Shown here: one piece after another, positions 8,796 through 18,098 of the stretch
Layout of the letters: the number at the start of each line of letters is the position of its first letter
Numbering within the stretch: position 1 is the stretch's first letter
DNA from: an uncultured Candidatus Saccharibacteria bacterium
GTDB taxonomy: Bacteria; Patescibacteriota; Minisyncoccia; Phycocordibacterales; UBA5272
Assembly (NCBI GenBank): GCA_964517625.1
Contig: CAZFBW010000001.1
Coordinates: forward strand, 40,319-104,318
Length of the DNA: 64,000 nt
Reading direction: 5' to 3'
Notes under the pieces: generated by a model
The model's input: the letters and a program-made list of their open reading frames with translations, nothing else
Database searches by the model: none
Told to the model about the DNA's origin: nothing
Made by a program: the position numbers and the translations under genes

Positions 8796-8970
8796 AGGTG
8801 ACACAGAGAGCATGTTGAAGCATAAAAAAGTTATCCACAACACAAACATGTTTTTTACTTGTGTGCGCGTGTATGAATGTCATACTTATATACAGAGAGT
8901 ACGATCATGGTCGTGATCAACAAAATCATTACGTAATAACTCTCTTTATTTGTATAACATAAACAAAATT

Positions 8971-9042
8971 ATGGCAGCAAAAAAGAAGGCAGCTAAGAAA
9001 AAGGCTGCAAAGAAGGCTCACAAGAAAGCTAAGCGTGCTTAG
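8971..9042 (+). CDS. Candidate 23-aa lysine/alanine-rich peptide (MAAKKKAAKKKAAKKAHKKAKRA)
   Basis: A short ORF followed immediately by a strong terminator at 9070..9101. It is below the ORF-track length cut-off, and its coding status is unproven. Confidence 0.3.
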   Translation: MAAKKKAAKKKAAKKAHKKAKRA

Positions 9043-9069
9043 TTAATTCTTGTGAAGAATTCTTCAAAG

Positions 9070-9101
9070 AAAAATCCGCGCTCCCACGCGGATTTTTCTT
9101 T
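9070..9101 (+). terminator. Terminator hairpin (aaaaatccgcg-ctccca-cgcggattttt)
   Basis: Perfect 11-bp stem plus a T-run. Confidence 0.7.
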
Positions 9102-9161
9102 TCCCTACTCTTTTCTAGGCTGATTGCTTTTTTATTTTTGATAGTGGTATAGTGGAATTAT

Positions 9162-11042
9162 ATGTGTGGCATTATTGGCATTCTCACAAAGGAAAAGAAG
9201 AATATTACAGGAGACTTGATAGGGGCCTTATCTCGACTTGAGTACCGAGGGTACGATAGCGCGGGAATTGCTCTATCGGATGGGCACCAGTTGCATACAC
9301 TTAAGTGTGTTGGGGCGCCAAGTCAGTATTTGTATGAAAGGGATCTTACAAAAAACAAGGCACCGGTTTTATCGTATGTAGGCATTGGTCACAATCGCTG
9401 GGCGACGCACGGTAAGCCGACAGTTGTAAACGCGCATCCACACTTTGATACGAAGAAGCGCATTGCGGTTGTACACAACGGAACGATTCTCAACTATGAA
9501 TCACTTCGCAATGAATTGAAACAGCACGGCGCACTATTTGTTTCAGACACCGACACTGAAGTGATACCCCACTTGATTGCATACTACACGGAGAAAGGAA
9601 TGTCGATGCGTGATGCATTTATAAGTGCAGTGAATCGTCTTGAAGGGGCGTTTGGTATTGTTGCATTAGATGTGCATGATGGAAACACACTGTATGTTGC
9701 AAAAGAGGGTAGTCCAATTGTGATTGGTCTCTCGCACGGCGCACTCTATGTTGCATCAAGCGTGCATGGGTTCTTACCGTTTACGGATGAGTTCGTTACA
9801 CTTCACGACGGAGAAATTGCAGTCCTCTCTTCGGAGAAAGAATTACAAACTGAAATCATCAGATACAAAGATAATAAAAAAATTAATAATCGTACTTCTC
9901 AAACCGCTCTATCCGTACAGCTTCACGATTTATCCAAAGGAGACTTTGAGACGTTCATGTTGAAGGAAATTTTTGAACAACCAGCAACGACACAGGCAAC
10001 GCTCCTTGGTCGTATCAATGACAAACAAGGAACGGCAATGCTCGGTGGACTTGTTGATTCGGAACCATTGCTACAAAAGATAACCAATATTTTATTTACT
10101 GGGTGCGGTACGGCATACCACGCCACCCTTGTAGCACAACATATTATTGAGCATATTACCGATATTACCGTACGAAGCGAAATTGCCTCGGAAGGGAAAT
10201 ATAAGACACTGCACACCAAAGAAGACCAAACCGCCGTGTTTGCAATCAGTCAATCGGGAGAAACAGCGGACACGCTCGAGTATGTGAAAGAATTGAAAAA
10301 TAAAGGGTATGAAATATTTGGCATTGTAAATGTTGTGGGGAGTGCGCTTGCAGAATTGGCTGGAAAAGGAATATACACGAAAGCTGGTTCTGAAATTGGC
10401 GTTGCATCAACGAAAGCATTCACTTCACAACTAGCGTCATTGTATTTGCTCGCACTCCATCTTGCGCGCATGCGTACCTTTAGCGCAAAAGAAGGGATGA
10501 AGTTTGCTTCGGCGCTTGAGCGCATTCCCAACCTCATGAAAGAAACACTCTTACTTAATGGAGAGGTGGAAGGGCTCGCTTCCAAGTATCAAGCGATTAC
10601 AAAAATTCAATTTTTAGGAAGAGGTGTTCATGTGCCGATTGCGCAGGAAGCATCGCTTAAATTTAAAGAAATTACATATCTCGAGACGGGAGCATATCCG
10701 CTTGGTGAGTTAAAGCATGGACCGATTGCTATCGTCGATGAAGAAACACTTTCGGTGGTTATTTTACCAAACGATGAACTCTTTGAACTTGGCGTTAACT
10801 CAATTGAGCAAATTAAATCAAAAGGCGGAAAAGTTCTTCTCATTACCGACACATCAGTTAAGAATCATCCAATTTGTAAAAAAGTCGATGATGTAATTTT
10901 TATTCCGCACATTGAGGACGACATCTTCTACCCGTTTTTGGAAATTATACCGCTTCAGTTATTTGCCTATCATTTTGCAAAATTACTTGGAAGAAATATT
11001 GATAAGCCAAGAAACTTAGCAAAATCGGTGACGGTTCAATAG
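9162..11042 (+). CDS. glmS: Glutamine--fructose-6-phosphate aminotransferase
   Basis: N-terminal MCGIIG nucleophile and two SIS domains. The 5' leader is too short for a glmS ribozyme. Confidence 0.9.
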   Translation: MCGIIGILTKEKKNITGDLIGALSRLEYRGYDSAGIALSDGHQLHTLKCVGAPSQYLYERDLTKNKAPVLSYVGIGHNRWATHGKPTVVNAHPHFDTKKRIAVVHNGTILNYESLRNELKQHGALFVSDTDTEVIPHLIAYYTEKGMSMRDAFISAVNRLEGAFGIVALDVHDGNTLYVAKEGSPIVIGLSHGALYVASSVHGFLPFTDEFVTLHDGEIAVLSSEKELQTEIIRYKDNKKINNRTSQTALSVQLHDLSKGDFETFMLKEIFEQPATTQATLLGRINDKQGTAMLGGLVDSEPLLQKITNILFTGCGTAYHATLVAQHIIEHITDITVRSEIASEGKYKTLHTKEDQTAVFAISQSGETADTLEYVKELKNKGYEIFGIVNVVGSALAELAGKGIYTKAGSEIGVASTKAFTSQLASLYLLALHLARMRTFSAKEGMKFASALERIPNLMKETLLLNGEVEGLASKYQAITKIQFLGRGVHVPIAQEASLKFKEITYLETGAYPLGELKHGPIAIVDEETLSVVILPNDELFELGVNSIEQIKSKGGKVLLITDTSVKNHPICKKVDDVIFIPHIEDDIFYPFLEIIPLQLFAYHFAKLLGRNIDKPRNLAKSVTVQ

Positions 11043-11082
11043 AGGTGCGAAATCGAAGATTTTGTGGTATGATTATCGGACT

Positions 11083-13599
11083 ATGTCGTTTATTTCCAAG
11101 GCAATTGAGTTGGTTTTCCCGCCTGAGTCGGTACGCCTCATTAAGAAACTTGAGCCCCTCGTTGATGAGGTTTTTGGATATGAAGAAGCACTAAAGGCTC
11201 TTTCAAACGACGAATTAAAAGCGCGCAGTTTGGCACTTAAAGAGCAAGTGCAAAAAGAACTTACTGGTCTTTCTGGGGAGGAACGCAAAAAAACAGAAAA
11301 GAAGGTTTTGGATGCAGTGCTTCCAGAGGCGTTTGCACTTGTGCGTGAGTCAGCTCGTCGTACGCTTAAAATGATGCACTATCGCGTGCAGGTGGTTGGA
11401 GGCATGCTTCTTAATATGGGTCATATTGCAGAAATGCGTACCGGTGAAGGAAAGACGCTTGTTGCCACGCTTCCGGCATACTTAAATGCGCTCACTGGCC
11501 GCGGTGTACACATTGTTACGGTAAACGACTATCTCTCTCGTCGCGACGCGGTGTGGATGGGGCAGGTGTATGACATGCTTGGACTCTCGGTTGCCGTCAT
11601 TAACCATCAATCATCCTACCTCTACGACAGTACCCACCTTTCACAAGAAGAGGAAAAAACTGAAGACGAGAAGCGTGATGATGTTGGTTCATATAAAGTC
11701 GTCTACGATTTTCTAAAACCGTGCACGCGCCAAGAAGCATACAAGGCAGACATTACCTATGGAACAAACAACGAGTTTGGTTTTGATTATTTGCGCGACA
11801 ATATTGGCTACGCGGTTGATTCTTTGTCTCAGCGTGAGCACCATTACGCAATTGTGGACGAAATCGACTCAATTTTGATTGACGAGGCACGTACCCCGCT
11901 TATTATTTCCGCACCAGCGCAGGAATCAAGCGATATGTATAAGAATTTTGCACGTATCGCATCCCAACTTGTGGAAGGGGATCACTATACGGTAGATGAA
12001 AAACAGCGCGCAATTGCACTCACCGAAGCAGGTATCTCCTATGCAGAAGAACTGCTCGGCGTTTCAAATATTTATTCGGTATCTGGCATGCAATACGTGC
12101 ACCATTTGGAAACCGCGGTCAAAGCAAAAGCACTTTTTATCAAGGAACGCGAATATGTTGTGCGCGATAACGAGGTAATCATTGTTGATGAATTTACGGG
12201 ACGCATGCAACCAGGACGTCGTTGGTCAGATGGGCTTCATCAAGCAGTTGAAGCAAAAGAAGGGGTAAAAATCGAACAAGAATCTCGCACTCTTGCTTCT
12301 ATTACGTTCCAAAATTATTTCCGCTTCTATGAAAAACTTTCGGGTATGACCGGTACCGCGGAAACATCTAAAGAAGAATTTTATAAAGTATATGGACTTG
12401 TTGTGTCTCCTGTACCAACACACCACCCAATTAAGCGTAAGGATCACAATGATCTCATTTTCCAAACCGAAAAAGGGAAATGGAAAGCACTTGCTCGAAA
12501 AATTAAAGAACTTCACGATAAAGGACAACCGGTACTTGTCGGTACTATTTCTATTGAAAAGAACGAAGTGCTTTCAAAGTATCTTGAACGTGAAGGAATT
12601 CCTCACGCTGTACTTAATGCGAAGAACCACGAACAGGAAGGTGAAATTATTGCAAATGCGGGAGCGCGCGGGGCAGTGACGATTGCAACTAACATGGCAG
12701 GTCGTGGAGTGGACATTAAACTTGGTGGTCCGCAAGCAACGGAAGCTGAGCGTGAAGAAGTACTTCGTCAAGGTGGTTTGTATGTGATTGGTACTGAGCG
12801 TCATGAAGCACGCCGTATCGACAATCAGTTGCGGGGTCGTTCAGGACGACAAGGGGACGTGGGTGAGACGCAGTTCTTTGTGTCGCTTGAAGATGAGCTT
12901 ATGCGTGTGTTCGGGTCAACCAACATCAAGAGTATGATGGGGCGTTTTGGTATTCCAGAAGATGAACCAATTGATTCTAAGCTCGTCTCTCGAGCACTTG
13001 AGGGTGCGCAAGAAAAAATTGAAGGATTTCACTTTGATACACGTAAACACACGCTTCAGTATGACGATGTTTTGAACCACCAGCGAAGAAGTATTTATGA
13101 TAAGCGTCGTAAAATTTTGTTCCACGACAAGGAATATTTTGAGGAATTGATGAATTCGGTTGTTGCATTCAAACCCGAAATAGCAGAGCTTATTGCGACG
13201 AAAAAGAAGGAGTACGGTGAAGAGGTTTTTATGAGTGTTGTTTCTATGATGGCGCTTCAAGTAATCGACATGCTTTGGATGGACCACCTCGACCAAATGG
13301 AGCACATGCGAAATAGTGTGAATCTTCGCTCATACGGACAACGTGATCCACTTGTTGAATACAAAAAAGAAGGGCTTCGTATGTTCAGAGGATTGGAACA
13401 AACAACGCTTCACGACCTCGTTCTCTTCATTGAAAACATTGATGGTGTTATGGCCGCACAGCATAATCGCGAACGTGTCGCGGCAGTTGCAAGCGAAAGA
13501 GATAGAGTAAAAGCTGGACGCAATGACCCATGCCCATGCGGAAGTGGAAAGAAGGTAAAGAAGTGCGATTGTGAGGAGTTTGCTTACTTGAGGAAGTAG
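11083..13599 (+). CDS. secA: Preprotein translocase ATPase SecA
   Basis: DEAD-like motor motifs and the C-terminal zinc finger CPCGSGKKVKKC. Confidence 0.9.
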   Translation: MSFISKAIELVFPPESVRLIKKLEPLVDEVFGYEEALKALSNDELKARSLALKEQVQKELTGLSGEERKKTEKKVLDAVLPEAFALVRESARRTLKMMHYRVQVVGGMLLNMGHIAEMRTGEGKTLVATLPAYLNALTGRGVHIVTVNDYLSRRDAVWMGQVYDMLGLSVAVINHQSSYLYDSTHLSQEEEKTEDEKRDDVGSYKVVYDFLKPCTRQEAYKADITYGTNNEFGFDYLRDNIGYAVDSLSQREHHYAIVDEIDSILIDEARTPLIISAPAQESSDMYKNFARIASQLVEGDHYTVDEKQRAIALTEAGISYAEELLGVSNIYSVSGMQYVHHLETAVKAKALFIKEREYVVRDNEVIIVDEFTGRMQPGRRWSDGLHQAVEAKEGVKIEQESRTLASITFQNYFRFYEKLSGMTGTAETSKEEFYKVYGLVVSPVPTHHPIKRKDHNDLIFQTEKGKWKALARKIKELHDKGQPVLVGTISIEKNEVLSKYLEREGIPHAVLNAKNHEQEGEIIANAGARGAVTIATNMAGRGVDIKLGGPQATEAEREEVLRQGGLYVIGTERHEARRIDNQLRGRSGRQGDVGETQFFVSLEDELMRVFGSTNIKSMMGRFGIPEDEPIDSKLVSRALEGAQEKIEGFHFDTRKHTLQYDDVLNHQRRSIYDKRRKILFHDKEYFEELMNSVVAFKPEIAELIATKKKEYGEEVFMSVVSMMALQVIDMLWMDHLDQMEHMRNSVNLRSYGQRDPLVEYKKEGLRMFRGLEQTTLHDLVLFIENIDGVMAAQHNRERVAAVASERDRVKAGRNDPCPCGSGKKVKKCDCEEFAYLRK

Positions 13600-13622
13600 T
13601 TTTGTGGTATTCTTTGTCTCAT

Positions 13623-14234
13623 ATGGCAAAGAAAAAAACAAAAACGAAATCTGTGAAGAAAACAGTTGCGAAAAAAGCAAAAAAAGTTGTTGCAAAAAAA
13701 TCATCACTTAAGAAAAAGGTTTTGAAAAAGAAGCAAGCAAAAAAGAAGCCGGTTGTGGTTGCTGTGTCTGGTGGATTTGATCCAGTACACATTGGGCATG
13801 TTCGCATGTTTAATGAAGCGAAAGCGCTCGGAGATAAATTAGTTGTCATTTTAAATAACGATCACTGGATTCGTAAAAAGAAGGGGCAGGAATTCATGCC
13901 TGATCATGAACGAAAAGAAATCATTGAATCATTTTCTTCAGTTGATGAAGTGTTTCTCACAGAACACGGTCCAAATACAACTGACATGAGTGTGTGTGAT
14001 GCACTTCGTAAAGTCAGACCACACATTTTTGCAAACGGCGGTGACCGTCATGCAGACAATGTACCAGAGGTTGCTGTGTGCCGCGACATTAATTGTCAGA
14101 TGGTGTACAGCGTCGGCAAGGGTGGTAAGGTTCAATCAAGTTCATGGTTGCTTAAGCGTCATGAAGAACACAAGATGCTCCGAATGGCGATACACGACAC
14201 GTTTAAAAAAGCGGTAAGTAAGAAAAAGAAATAA
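13623..14234 (+). CDS. Cytidylyl/adenylyltransferase-like nucleotidyltransferase (HxGH family) with a lysine-rich N-terminal tail
   Basis: GGFDPVHIGHVRMF (HxGH) as in RfaE domain II / glycerol-3-phosphate cytidylyltransferase. The first about 50 aa are K-rich. Confidence 0.6.
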   Translation: MAKKKTKTKSVKKTVAKKAKKVVAKKSSLKKKVLKKKQAKKKPVVVAVSGGFDPVHIGHVRMFNEAKALGDKLVVILNNDHWIRKKKGQEFMPDHERKEIIESFSSVDEVFLTEHGPNTTDMSVCDALRKVRPHIFANGGDRHADNVPEVAVCRDINCQMVYSVGKGGKVQSSSWLLKRHEEHKMLRMAIHDTFKKAVSKKKK

Positions 14235-14246
14235 GTCTTATACACA

Positions 14247-14280
14247 CAAAGCACGGAACCTTCGGTTCCGTGCTTTGTGT
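14247..14280 (+). terminator. Terminator hairpin
   Basis: caaagcacggaacc-ttcg-gttccgtgctttg. Confidence 0.7.
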
Positions 14281-14323
14281 TAAACTAGTAACTATCAACC
14301 ACTAACCAGTAACTATCCAACCC

Positions 14324-15601
14324 ATGAAAGAACTCGTAAAACCCATCATTGTCTATCTGCTCACCCTTGAAGCAAAACTCGTTCTTAAAAAGAAAAAACC
14401 GTTTATTATCGGTATCACAGGTAACCTTGGGAAGACCTCCACGAAGGATGCGGTGTATGCAGTCATGAAAGATCACTTTAATGTTCGTCGAAGTGAAAAG
14501 AGTATGAATAGTGAGTTCGGTGTTCCGCTTACTATACTTGGTGAAAAATCTGGTTGGAGTAATCCGTTTAGGTGGGCCATGACACTTGCACGCGGACTAT
14601 TTGTTCCCTTTGAAGATGATTATCCAACGCACTTAGTACTTGAAATCGGAGCAGACAGGCCGGGGGACATTAAGTCAATCACTTCGTGGCTTCATCCAGA
14701 CATTACCATTGTCACGCAGTTTGGACAGGTGCCAGTACACATTGAATTTTTTAAAAATAGAGACGCAGTGGTAGAAGAAAAGGGATACCTTGTTGAAGCA
14801 CTTAAACACACCGGTGTTTTTATTTACAATCGCGATGACCATGATGCAGAAAAACTCCTTCCTCGCACCCTCGGTAGAAAGGTGAGTGTTGGTGTTCATG
14901 AAGAAGCAGAGATTAGAGCAGAAAATATTCGCATGTATGGAAATCCGATGCAAGGCACAGAGGCTGAGGTGACTGTGTTAGGTAAAAAGCATCATCTTGT
15001 ACTTCCAGAAGTTGTTGGTAAATCTCCAGTGTATGCTGCGCTTCCCGCAATTGCTGTTGCACGTGAACTTGCAATTCCAACGGAGCTTGCATGTGCCTCA
15101 CTTCGTGACGCTGAGAAACCAAAGGGTCGCATGCGACTGCTTTCAGGTATGCAAGGCTCAGTCTTAATTGATGACACGTACAACGCATCTCCTAAAGCAA
15201 CTGAGCACGGACTAGAAACACTTGCTTCACTTGATGTGCAAAGAAAAATTGCAGTGCTTGGGGATATGCTTGAACTTGGTTCTCATACTAAAGAAGAGCA
15301 TTACAAAATTGGAAAGATTGCCGCAAAATCATGCCATAAACTTTTTACGGTTGGTATTCGTGCGCGAGGAATGGCTGAAGGAGCGCTTGATGGAAAAATG
15401 CTTGATGAAAATATTATGCAGTGTGATTCATCAATTGATGCAGGAAAAGAATTGGTGAAAATATTGCGACCAGGGGACGTGGTGTATTTGAAGGGTTCAC
15501 AAGGTGTGCGTATGGAACGTGCGGTGAAAATGATTTTAGCAGAAACACACAAAGCAGAAGAAACATTGGTTCGCCAGGAACAAGAATGGAATCATAGGTA
15601 A
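14324..15601 (+). CDS. murF: UDP-N-acetylmuramoyl-tripeptide--D-alanyl-D-alanine ligase
   Basis: Mur ligase P-loop GITGNLGKTSTK and the typical domain order. Confidence 0.85.
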   Translation: MKELVKPIIVYLLTLEAKLVLKKKKPFIIGITGNLGKTSTKDAVYAVMKDHFNVRRSEKSMNSEFGVPLTILGEKSGWSNPFRWAMTLARGLFVPFEDDYPTHLVLEIGADRPGDIKSITSWLHPDITIVTQFGQVPVHIEFFKNRDAVVEEKGYLVEALKHTGVFIYNRDDHDAEKLLPRTLGRKVSVGVHEEAEIRAENIRMYGNPMQGTEAEVTVLGKKHHLVLPEVVGKSPVYAALPAIAVARELAIPTELACASLRDAEKPKGRMRLLSGMQGSVLIDDTYNASPKATEHGLETLASLDVQRKIAVLGDMLELGSHTKEEHYKIGKIAAKSCHKLFTVGIRARGMAEGALDGKMLDENIMQCDSSIDAGKELVKILRPGDVVYLKGSQGVRMERAVKMILAETHKAEETLVRQEQEWNHR

Positions 15602-15605
15602 TACC

Positions 15606-16616
15606 ATGCAAGTACAAGAACATGTACCACTAAAAGACCACACAACCTTTCGTTTGGGTGGTGAGGCACGATATTTCATTGATTGTGTTGATGAGCAAGA
15701 GGTTCGTGAGGCGGTGTTATTTGCACAAGAAAAAGAGTTGCCGCTGTTTGTGTTAGGCGGGGGATCAAACACGGTATTTACTGATAAGGGATTCCCAGGC
15801 GTTGTACTTCGTATTTCTATACGAGGGGTACAAGTAATTCAAGGTATTGGCGATGAAGCAATTGTACTTGTGTGCGCTGGTGAGAATTGGGACGAGTTTG
15901 TTTCCCAGGCAACTGAGGAGGGGTGGTACGGACTGGAGAATCTTTCGCTTATTCCAGGAACGGTGGGTGGAGCACCTGTACAAAATATTGGTGCGTATGG
16001 TACGGAGGTGAGTACCTACATTGAAAGTGTTTCTGTATTTGATACGAAAGAAAATAAGAAAAAGAATTTTTCAAACAACGATTGTCATTTTGCCTACCGT
16101 ACAAGTGTATTTAAAGAAGAACAAGGAAGATATATTATTCTTTCGGTTATCTTTCGGTTGAAGAAAATATTCACACCCAACCTTTCATATAAGGATGTTG
16201 CACAAATATTAGAGGGGAAAGAAGTAACACCAGAGATTGTACGCGAAACAATTATTGCTATTCGTACGCGTAAGCTTCCTGATTGGAAAGCGCTTGGAAC
16301 GGCAGGTTCATTTTTTAAGAACCCAGAAGTAACTAAAGAAGAGGTTGACACATTACTTGCAAAATATCCTGAAGTACCTGTGTATCCGTATGGAGATAGA
16401 TTTAAAATTTCAGCGGGGTACTTGATTGAGCATGTGGCACACATGAAAGGGGAGAAACGCGGAGGGGTTGGCGTATACGACAAGCATGCGCTTGTTTTGG
16501 TGAATTATGGAGAGGGGACGTATGAAGAATTGCAAGCACTTGTTGAAGGAATACAAGAAAAAGTAAAAGAAAAAACTGGAATCACACTTACGCCGGAGGT
16601 GAATGTAGTTATATAA
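15606..16616 (+). CDS. murB: UDP-N-acetylenolpyruvoylglucosamine reductase
   Basis: FAD-binding domain (TFRLGGEA…LGGGSN) and a MurB C-terminal domain. Confidence 0.85.
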   Translation: MQVQEHVPLKDHTTFRLGGEARYFIDCVDEQEVREAVLFAQEKELPLFVLGGGSNTVFTDKGFPGVVLRISIRGVQVIQGIGDEAIVLVCAGENWDEFVSQATEEGWYGLENLSLIPGTVGGAPVQNIGAYGTEVSTYIESVSVFDTKENKKKNFSNNDCHFAYRTSVFKEEQGRYIILSVIFRLKKIFTPNLSYKDVAQILEGKEVTPEIVRETIIAIRTRKLPDWKALGTAGSFFKNPEVTKEEVDTLLAKYPEVPVYPYGDRFKISAGYLIEHVAHMKGEKRGGVGVYDKHALVLVNYGEGTYEELQALVEGIQEKVKEKTGITLTPEVNVVI

Positions 16617-16646
16617 AAACCCGCACGGCGTACCGTGCAGGTCTGG

Positions 16647-16865
16647 TTAATGGACAATGATTTTCGGCGGACGAAGCGAGCCATCACATAGTTCTTTTAT
16701 AACTTCGCCCGTGTTTTGGTTTACGACTCTCGTCCTCTTTTTGCCTTCAAGTGGCGCATGTTCGGGGATGAGGTAGAAACCTTCGCCCCGAAGGCCTGGT
16801 TTTTCACTGAATGTGACTGTTACAAGTTCAAAAGCTCGCTCGCAAATGTGGCATATTGTTTTCAT
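16647..16865 (-). CDS. Hypothetical small protein (72 aa; CHIC…C)
   Basis: A convergent ORF between murB and tRNA-Glu. I see no recognisable domain. Confidence 0.3.
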   Translation of the reverse strand: MKTICHICERAFELVTVTFSEKPGLRGEGFYLIPEHAPLEGKKRTRVVNQNTGEVIKELCDGSLRPPKIIVH

Positions 16866-17012
16866 GCTATTTCCTTTTACATATCGCAGTATTGCGCAGT
16901 ATTAAGCGAGCTTGCTTCTTAATCTAGAGTATTGCGGGGTACATGTCAAATGTCGTTAGTTTTATTTTTCTATTCAAAATGCTAAAAAAGTGTTACTATG
17001 TCGGCTACAAAT

Positions 17013-17084
17013 GGCCCTATCGTCTATCGGTTAGGACACATCCTTCTCAAGGATGGAAGCAGAGTTCGACTCTCTGTAGGGTCA
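17013..17084 (+). tRNA. tRNA-Glu (anticodon CUC)
   Basis: Acceptor GGCCCUA/UAGGGUC, anticodon stem CAUCC/GGAUG with loop UUCUCAA, T-arm CAGAG-TTCGACT-CTCTG. An extended -10 (TGtTACTAT) sits upstream. Confidence 0.85.
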
Positions 17085-17264
17085 CAAAAAATAAGGAGCA
17101 AAGCGACTATATTTTTGTGATGTCGGAGTACTTAGACTTTTATGAGTGAAGCGAAATAAAAGGCTTTAGTACTATCGACGCACAAATAAGACATCAAACC
17201 AAAGGATTTCTAAGGAGCGAACCGACTCGTAAGGGTCACGGGTAAAAGTGCTATAATTGAGAAA

Positions 17265-18098
17265 ATGACTATATCATATCCAAGATTAGTTGATTTATAT
17301 CAACCAAAAGAAGGGGAGGAAGTCACAGGTTTTCAGGATGGAAATGGTTTTTCTATTATAAAAAAATATAAAGATGTACATTTGTCCGAATATAGGCAAA
17401 TGATTAAGTTATTTTTAACTGATAAAGGTGAAGTTGCTGGAGGCGTTAATCTTGTAAAATACGAAGACAAAGAACTTATTAAGGGGTATGTGTGGGTTGA
17501 TTCTGGAGATTTTAAAGTAACCAACTTTATTTTTAATAAGGAAGATTTTACTTTTAAAGATAATTTTTTTTACAGCACCTTCGATATTAAAAAGGAGACA
17601 CCATTATCAGTTAACGATGTTATTAAAAATATTGAATATAACCATTTAAGCGTTAAGGTTCGTTTCTATCAAAAAACCGTGAAGTATTTTTACGAAGCTT
17701 TTCTCAAAATAATCTTTTGGTTTGGTGATGGTGAATATTCATATAAAGAGTTGATATCTGCCCGACTAACAACAGATAAATACAGAGAAAATTTATCTGA
17801 AAAAACAATTAAGGAGGATCCTTTATTTAAATATTTTCATATACATAAAAATTTACTATTTTTCTTTACGCTATGTATTTTGATTATAGTATTCACCAGT
17901 TGTGAGTACTATAATATGGACGTTACGCAACTCCCAGTCGTTTTCTCTGGTTTAGTAGCCTTATTTTTATTAGAAAAAATAAGTTCTAAAATAAAGTTTT
18001 TGCTAAGTGAAATCGATTTAGAAAACGGGTTTATACAAAAAATATTCAGAAAATCACAAAATCAGGGTTTTAAATTAATTATCAAACATAAACAATAA
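17265..18098 (+). CDS. Hypothetical protein; very AT-rich gene (about 28% GC) with C-terminal TM helices
   Basis: 277 aa, rich in K/N/F/Y/I. TATAAT lies 7 nt upstream of the ATG. Its stop overlaps the pirin start. Confidence 0.55.
   Translation: MTISYPRLVDLYQPKEGEEVTGFQDGNGFSIIKKYKDVHLSEYRQMIKLFLTDKGEVAGGVNLVKYEDKELIKGYVWVDSGDFKVTNFIFNKEDFTFKDNFFYSTFDIKKETPLSVNDVIKNIEYNHLSVKVRFYQKTVKYFYEAFLKIIFWFGDGEYSYKELISARLTTDKYRENLSEKTIKEDPLFKYFHIHKNLLFFFTLCILIIVFTSCEYYNMDVTQLPVVFSGLVALFLLEKISSKIKFLLSEIDLENGFIQKIFRKSQNQGFKLIIKHKQ

Noticed and set aside
9043-9161. Possible glmS ribozyme upstream of glmS
   Set aside because: The leader is only about 15-60 nt after the promoter, and no conserved ribozyme core is present.
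16620-16642. Terminator after murB
   Set aside because: The stem is imperfect and no T-run follows. It may be only a weak or bidirectional structure, so I have not listed it as a feature.
16943-17149. 68-aa ORF
   Set aside because: It overlaps the well-folded tRNA-Glu on the same strand.
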